Source: Candidatus Hadarchaeota archaeon
GTDB lineage: Archaea > Hadarchaeota > Hadarchaeia > Hadarchaeales > Hadarchaeaceae
Direction of reading: 5' to 3'
Assembly (NCBI GenBank): GCA_040755315.1
Contig: JBFMBF010000033.1
Coordinates: forward strand, 1 to 11,047
DNA: 11,047 nt
The notes under the pieces were generated by a model. It saw nothing but the letters and a program-made list of their open reading frames with translations, ran no database searches and had not been told where the DNA came from. The position numbers and the translations under genes are program-made. Positions within the stretch are counted from its first letter, which is position 1, and each line of letters starts with the position of its first letter. Shown here one piece after another: positions 6,383 through 11,047 of this stretch.

Positions 6383-6396
6383 CAGCCAATTAAATA
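6383..6396 (+). promoter_or_regulatory. Putative TATA promoter of rpl10e
   Basis: CAGCCAATTAAATA; ATTAAATA lies 29-36 nt upstream of ATG 6425. Confidence 0.55.
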
Positions 6397-6424
6397 CTGG
6401 GAGACATAGCATCTAAGGGATACA

Positions 6425-6943
6425 ATGCCATTGAGACCAGCAAAAACATATCGCTACTTCAGCGGCCCGGCCTACTCGAGGCGGGAGTTTGTGAAGGGGG
6501 TGCCTGGCATGAGAGTTACATTCTTTGACATGGGCAACCCAAATGGAGTGTTCCCAATTGAGTTTTCCCTGATTTCTTTAGAGACTGGCCAAATCAGACA
6601 CAATGCTATAGAAGCTGCCAGGGTCGCTGCAAACAGAATTTTAGAAATCCAGGTCGGGAAGGACAACTATCACTTCAAGGTCAGGGTCTACCCTCACCAG
6701 GTGCTGAGGGAGAACCCGATGGCAATGGGCGCAGGGGCGGACAGGGTTTCAGACGGGATGAGGCACGCTTTCGGCAGGCCCATAGGCGTTGCGGCGAGGG
6801 TGAGCGCAGGGCAGAAATTAATGACGCTGAAGATAAACAAGGAGTTCATCGCTCTCGCAAAGGAGGCCCTCCGGAGGGCCAGCTCAAAATTATCTCTGCC
6901 TACAAGAGTGATTGTTGACAAGGGGCAAGAGTTACTAAAGTGA
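6425..6943 (+). CDS. rpl10e: 50S ribosomal protein uL16 (L10e)
   Basis: MPLRPAKTYR..GPAYSRREFVKGVP, QIRHNAIEAARVAANR, RVYPHQVLREN..GAGADRVSDGMRHAFGRPIG: typical archaeal L10e. Confidence 0.97.
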   Translation: MPLRPAKTYRYFSGPAYSRREFVKGVPGMRVTFFDMGNPNGVFPIEFSLISLETGQIRHNAIEAARVAANRILEIQVGKDNYHFKVRVYPHQVLRENPMAMGAGADRVSDGMRHAFGRPIGVAARVSAGQKLMTLKINKEFIALAKEALRRASSKLSLPTRVIVDKGQELLK

Positions 6944-7819
6944 TTCTTTCGAGATGGCCCCAAGCAGCTCGTAGATTAACCTTGCAGCCACGAACGCCGT
7001 CGTCCCGTCATCGTGTGGCGGAACCAACTCAACAACATCGCAGCCGGCCAGGTTAAGCCCGCCAAGCCCCTTCAGAAGCTGCATCACCTGAAATGTCGAA
7101 GGTCCACCTGGCTCGGGGGTCGCCACTCCCGGGGCGAAAGCAGGGTCAACAATATCAAGGTCAATCGTGATGTAAACCTTCCTGTCCATGGCCAGCTCCT
7201 CCACATCCCTGGCCACCTTGATTGGATCATCCATGACATCCGATGGGCTGAAAGAGGTGATGCTGTTTTTATCCAGGAACTCTGCCTCTTCCTTTGACCA
7301 TGACCTGACGCCAATCTGAACTAGACGGTCGGGGGGCAGGAAATCCAGGATCCTTCTCATCACGGTGGCGTGGCATACCTTGTTTCCCATGTAATCATCC
7401 CTCAGGTCCCTGTGGGCGTCCAGATGGACCACGAAGCCGCTGCCGAGCGCCTTGGCCGAGAAGTAGCTCAGGGTGTGTTCCCCCCCGAGGAGGAAAGGCA
7501 GCTTACCGTCCTTCGATATCTCTTTTACAACATCTGCGATTCTTCTTCCGCTCTCTTCCATGTCGGTAGGCACAAGGATCAAGTCCCCGAGGTCTGTGAT
7601 GTTGAGCGTCTCGAAAACATCCACTCCTACAGACGGGACATAGGTCTCTAAGTTGGCCGAGGCCTCCCTTATCTTAGCTGGCGCAAATCTGTAGCCGGAG
7701 CGGTAGCTTGACGTCATGTCCATTGGGACGCCGAGGAAGACGACATCTGACTTCTCGTATGTGAAGTCAAAACCTCCAAAACCTGGTCTTATGTGGAGAA
7801 TCTGGTCAAGAAACTTCAA
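6935..7819 (-). CDS. speB: Agmatinase (ureohydrolase family)
   Basis: GVPMDMTSSYRSGYRFAP..IR, DLGDL, GGEHTLS, DAHRDL, DLDIVDPAFAPGVATPEPGG, DVVEL. TTG start with GGTG upstream. Converges with rpl10e (9-nt overlap). Confidence 0.9.
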   Translation of the reverse strand: MKFLDQILHIRPGFGGFDFTYEKSDVVFLGVPMDMTSSYRSGYRFAPAKIREASANLETYVPSVGVDVFETLNITDLGDLILVPTDMEESGRRIADVVKEISKDGKLPFLLGGEHTLSYFSAKALGSGFVVHLDAHRDLRDDYMGNKVCHATVMRRILDFLPPDRLVQIGVRSWSKEEAEFLDKNSITSFSPSDVMDDPIKVARDVEELAMDRKVYITIDLDIVDPAFAPGVATPEPGGPSTFQVMQLLKGLGGLNLAGCDVVELVPPHDDGTTAFVAARLIYELLGAISKESL

Positions 7820-7831
7820 GCTCGCACACCT

Positions 7832-8314
7832 TCAATCCACTTCCTTTGAAACCAGCACCTGCCCGGACCTGGCGACCTCCTTCAAAACATCGGGCCCGAG
7901 GTTGATAATCAGCTTCTCGATGTCGCCATGCGCCCCGCTCAGCTCTGCTATTACTGCCCCATCTTTAGAGTCCACGATTTTTCCACCTGCCTTTTCTATC
8001 TGTTCGACGACTTTCCAGTGCTGGGGGTCCTCGAGCTTTTTTGTCTTGAGGAGCACCACTTCCCTCACCACGCTTTTCTCAGGCTCTATGACTGCCACAT
8101 TGACTATCGGCTCTGAGCGCGACAGCACCCGCCTCATGAGCTCGGCCATGTTGTCGTTCGCTTGGAACATCAGGATTATCCTGGCCAGCCCCGACGGCTC
8201 TATCCCGACTGTTATGGAGTCGAGGTTTATCTGACGCCTTGTGAAGTCCCTTGATATTCTCATCATCACGCCCGGGACATTTTGACAGAGGACTGAAAAA
8301 ATTCTTGTCTTCAT
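7832..8314 (-). CDS. ilvN: Acetolactate synthase small (regulatory, ACT) subunit
   Basis: NVPGVMMRI..FTRRQINLDSITVG, VREVVLLK, KEVARSG. Directly follows the large subunit; RBS AGGTGA. Confidence 0.9.
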   Translation of the reverse strand: MKTRIFSVLCQNVPGVMMRISRDFTRRQINLDSITVGIEPSGLARIILMFQANDNMAELMRRVLSRSEPIVNVAVIEPEKSVVREVVLLKTKKLEDPQHWKVVEQIEKAGGKIVDSKDGAVIAELSGAHGDIEKLIINLGPDVLKEVARSGQVLVSKEVD

Positions 8315-8322
8315 TACATCAC

Positions 8323-10005
8323 CTAAGTGAGGATCGGCTCGTCCAGCCTTCCCCCCGCAGGAATCATCGGGAGCGCGTGCTCGTCCGGGTCTATCGGAAT
8401 GTCGAGCACGGCAGGCTTCCCGCTATTCAGGGCCTCGCGGAGCTTCGGCGCGATTTCATCCGGCCTGCTCGCGCGGTCGCCCCACCCCCCGTAGGCCTCT
8501 GCCAGCTTGACGAAGTCGGGGACCTTCCCGAGGTCGACGGCGGACCTCCTCTTCTGGAAGAACAGATCCTGCCACTGTTTCACCATGCCTAGGTATCTGT
8601 TATTTAAAATGCAGGAGACTACGGGGATATTGTTCTCAACAGCGGTGGCCATCTCCTGAGAGTTCATGAGGAAGCTGCCATCCCCGGCAATGTTTACGAC
8701 GTCGCATTCTGGGCGGGCGATTTTTGCCCCTATTGAAGCTGGAAACCCGAAGCCCATTGTTCCGAGACCTCCGGAGCTTATGAAGTGCCTTGGTTTCTTG
8801 ACCTGGTAGAAGTGCGCTGCCCACATCTGGCACTGCCCGACCTCGGTTGTGATTATGGCGGAGTCGCCGGCCACCTTCATTATCTCCTTTAGTGCACGCT
8901 GAGGCTTGATTGGGATATCGTCGTATTCCATGGAAGGGGCGAGATCTGCACGTAGCTTCTTCACCCGGTCTATCCACTCGCTGGTCCTTCCACGCTGGAC
9001 ATGCTGGTGCAGGCCGTTGATTATGGATGAGAGAGCCGACCTTGCATCAGCGACTATCGGGAGGTCCACCCTGACGTTTTTCCCTATCTCCACTTGGTCC
9101 ACGTCTATATGGATAATCTTTGCTTTCGGGGCGAAGTGTCGCAGGTCGCCCGTGGCGCGGTCGCTGAATCTGACCCCGACCCCCACCAAGAGGTCGCACT
9201 CTGTGACTGCAAGGTTGGCCACCACCCTGCCGTGCATCCCGAGCATTCCAAGGGAGAGCGGGTGGTCTTCCGGGATTGTGCCTTTTCCAAGCAGCGAGGT
9301 TACAACGGGGGCGCCTAGCATCTCCGCCAGCTGCACCAGCTCCCCAGAAGCTCCGGACCAGACGACGCCGCCGCCCGCGTAGATTACGGGCTGGCGGGCG
9401 TGGACGAGCATCTCCACGGCCCTTCTGACCTCGGAAGGTGTGGGTTCAAGCTTCAGATGTTTCACGTAATCAACATCTGCGGGGATTTTTATGTCGGCCT
9501 TTCCAACTTGGACGTCCTTTGGGATGTCTATGTGGACGGGGCCGGGCCTGCCAGAGATAGCGACCTTGAAAGCCAGCCTGACTATCTTCGGGAGCTCTTC
9601 GGCCTTTTTCACTATGAAGTTGTGCTTGGTGATCGGGAGCATCAGGCTGAGCATGTCGGCCTCCTGGAAGGCGTCGGTGCCTAGTACATTCGAGGTGACC
9701 TGGCCTGAAAGGGCGATTACCGGGGAGCTGTCCATATAAGCGTTGAGAACACCTGTAATCAAGTTGCTTGCCCCTGGACCCGATGTGGTCATGCAGATGC
9801 CGGGCTTGCCTATCGCGCGTGCATAGCCGTCGGCGGCGTGGGCGGCCCCCTGCTCATGCCTCGTCAGGATGTGCCGGATTTCATGCTCGTCATAAAGGGC
9901 GTCGTAGATTGGGATTATGGACCCGCCGGGGATGCCGAAGATGTGCTTGGCCCCTTCAGCTTTCAGGGCCTCAAACAGGGCCTTGGAGCCCGTCATCTCG
10001 ACCAT
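8323..10005 (-). CDS. ilvB: Acetolactate synthase large (catalytic) subunit, biosynthetic type
   Basis: FGIPGG, RHEQGAAHAADGYAR, TSGPGASN, DAFQE, GRPGPVHIDIPKD, LGMLGMHG, RFSDR, SGGLGTMGFG, and the ThDP motif GDGSFLMN...NNRYLGMV. Confidence 0.96.
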   Translation of the reverse strand: MVEMTGSKALFEALKAEGAKHIFGIPGGSIIPIYDALYDEHEIRHILTRHEQGAAHAADGYARAIGKPGICMTTSGPGASNLITGVLNAYMDSSPVIALSGQVTSNVLGTDAFQEADMLSLMLPITKHNFIVKKAEELPKIVRLAFKVAISGRPGPVHIDIPKDVQVGKADIKIPADVDYVKHLKLEPTPSEVRRAVEMLVHARQPVIYAGGGVVWSGASGELVQLAEMLGAPVVTSLLGKGTIPEDHPLSLGMLGMHGRVVANLAVTECDLLVGVGVRFSDRATGDLRHFAPKAKIIHIDVDQVEIGKNVRVDLPIVADARSALSSIINGLHQHVQRGRTSEWIDRVKKLRADLAPSMEYDDIPIKPQRALKEIMKVAGDSAIITTEVGQCQMWAAHFYQVKKPRHFISSGGLGTMGFGFPASIGAKIARPECDVVNIAGDGSFLMNSQEMATAVENNIPVVSCILNNRYLGMVKQWQDLFFQKRRSAVDLGKVPDFVKLAEAYGGWGDRASRPDEIAPKLREALNSGKPAVLDIPIDPDEHALPMIPAGGRLDEPILT

Positions 10006-10016
10006 TCAAATCCCCT

Positions 10017-10046
10017 TGAGTTATAACTTCACCTGCTTAAAACTCA
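10017..10046 (-). promoter_or_regulatory. ilvB promoter (TATA-like TTTTAAG) within an imperfect inverted repeat
   Basis: TTTTAAG at 10042-10036 lies 31-37 nt upstream of ATG 10005. Arms TGAGTTATAA (10017-10026) and TTAAAACTCA (10037-10046) match at 9/10. Confidence 0.5.
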
Positions 10047-10090
10047 TGTTACTGGGGCTCCAGCTGGCCGGTCGCCCTCCCTGCAAGCGA

Positions 10091-10852
10091 TTATCGGCGC
10101 CTCTCCTCCAGCTTTGCGAGGATGGTGCTCCGATATTTTTTCCTGCCGTCCCTTGTCTGGCCTATGAGCTTCGCGCTTTCGCTCACGCCCATCCGGAAAT
10201 TGTCCTTGAGCAGCGACGCCATCCGCCGCGCCAGCAGCAGGGAGCTTACGTAGAGGTCAAGCCCACCGTGGCGCTCCTCAGCTTTTATTATGAACTCCTG
10301 CTCGGTACCAAGGACCATGGCCTCGAGCGAGCTTTTTATTTTTGAAAGCTTTTCCCGGGACAGCTTGCCCCTTACCTGGAGGATGGCCTCGTAATAGCCT
10401 GCGCTTTTTAGGCTGCAGATTTCGCAACTTTTTTTTACCAGCTTCAGCTTGATGTCGGCTTCCTCAGACTTGGGCTCGGCCTGGAGTTCGTGGACCTTTC
10501 CAACAGCTTTTATCTTGACCATCCCGGCCCCCATGTCCGGCTCGACGTTTATCTTGACGTCCGGGGCGCCGGGGGGGCTGAGCAGCTTCTGGCCTGACTC
10601 TTCGACCTTGACGACCTTGACGTTGGAGAGAGCCACTTTTTTGACTATCTCTTCAATAGACTCTTTCTCGTTTGCCGTTTGCCATCCCTTCCCGAGCTGG
10701 TAGGCGTTGCACCCCCTGCAGACGATGACCTGGATTTCCTTCGGGGCCTCGAGCAGGCGGGCCTGTTCCGAGAAGCAGCGCTGGCAGAGTCCCTGGACCA
10801 GCGGGCCAGAGTCGGTCTCGAAGGCGCCGCATCTGTAGCAGAATCTCTTCAT
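10091..10852 (-). CDS. nmd3: NMD3-family ribosome-associated protein (short archaeal form)
   Basis: Four CxxC pairs (CYRCG, LCQRC, CRGC, CEIC), YEAILQVR, GGLDLYVSS, KLIGQTRDGRKKYRSTI. At 253 aa it has no room for a C-terminal OB domain. Confidence 0.88.
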   Translation of the reverse strand: MKRFCYRCGAFETDSGPLVQGLCQRCFSEQARLLEAPKEIQVIVCRGCNAYQLGKGWQTANEKESIEEIVKKVALSNVKVVKVEESGQKLLSPPGAPDVKINVEPDMGAGMVKIKAVGKVHELQAEPKSEEADIKLKLVKKSCEICSLKSAGYYEAILQVRGKLSREKLSKIKSSLEAMVLGTEQEFIIKAEERHGGLDLYVSSLLLARRMASLLKDNFRMGVSESAKLIGQTRDGRKKYRSTILAKLEERRR

Positions 10853-11047
10853 GTCACCAAGCTTGTTTTTTCTGGTGGCTTAAGTCAGTTGTTTCGGCGG
10901 CGCCTTTTCAGCGGATTTTTTTCCTTCTATGTGAGTCGTTCGGCTAGCTCCACTCCATACTTTTTTAGGTCATCTCCTCCTTTATCCTTTTGGGGCGTAC
11001 ATGCAGCCTTCTATTCGCGGTCAAAGCCGCAATGGTATGCTGCGCTC

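Noticed and set aside
10929..11047. Possible 3' end of a minus-strand gene upstream of nmd3 (AQHTIAALTANRRLHVRPKRIKEEMT* or ...LKKYGVELAERLT*)
   Set aside because: Two competing frames, too short at the window edge to identify; may be a frameshifted remnant.
1..11047. CRISPR array or cas genes that would explain the CARF protein
   Set aside because: No regularly spaced direct repeats and no cas-like ORFs. The HD protein has COG1078 motifs rather than Cas3/Cas10 HD features.

Overview
Archaeal window. The gene content (uL16/L10e, NMD3, DRG-type GTPase), GGTG(A) ribosome-binding sites and TATA-box promoters all point to an archaeon; a Hadarchaeota/MSBL1-like lineage is only a guess. Most genes are housekeeping or metabolic: an HD-domain dNTPase-like protein, a membrane-anchored winged-helix-like protein, a stand-alone CARF-fold protein, a threonine synthase-family enzyme, a DRG/OBG GTPase, rpl10e, a probable ilvB-ilvN-speB operon and NMD3. 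Three features are missing from the ORF track. (1) A ~231-nt structured RNA gene on the minus strand (5113-4883) with its own TATA box, a 9-bp terminal helix and a U-rich terminator; I cannot match it to tRNA, SRP RNA, RNase P RNA or other families I know, and it is the top candidate for something new. (2) A probable IS element end at the left edge, interrupting a cell-surface protein gene. (3) A doubly frameshifted 4-TM membrane protein gene at 4374-4782. All calls come from reading the sequence by eye; no searches or folding programs were run.
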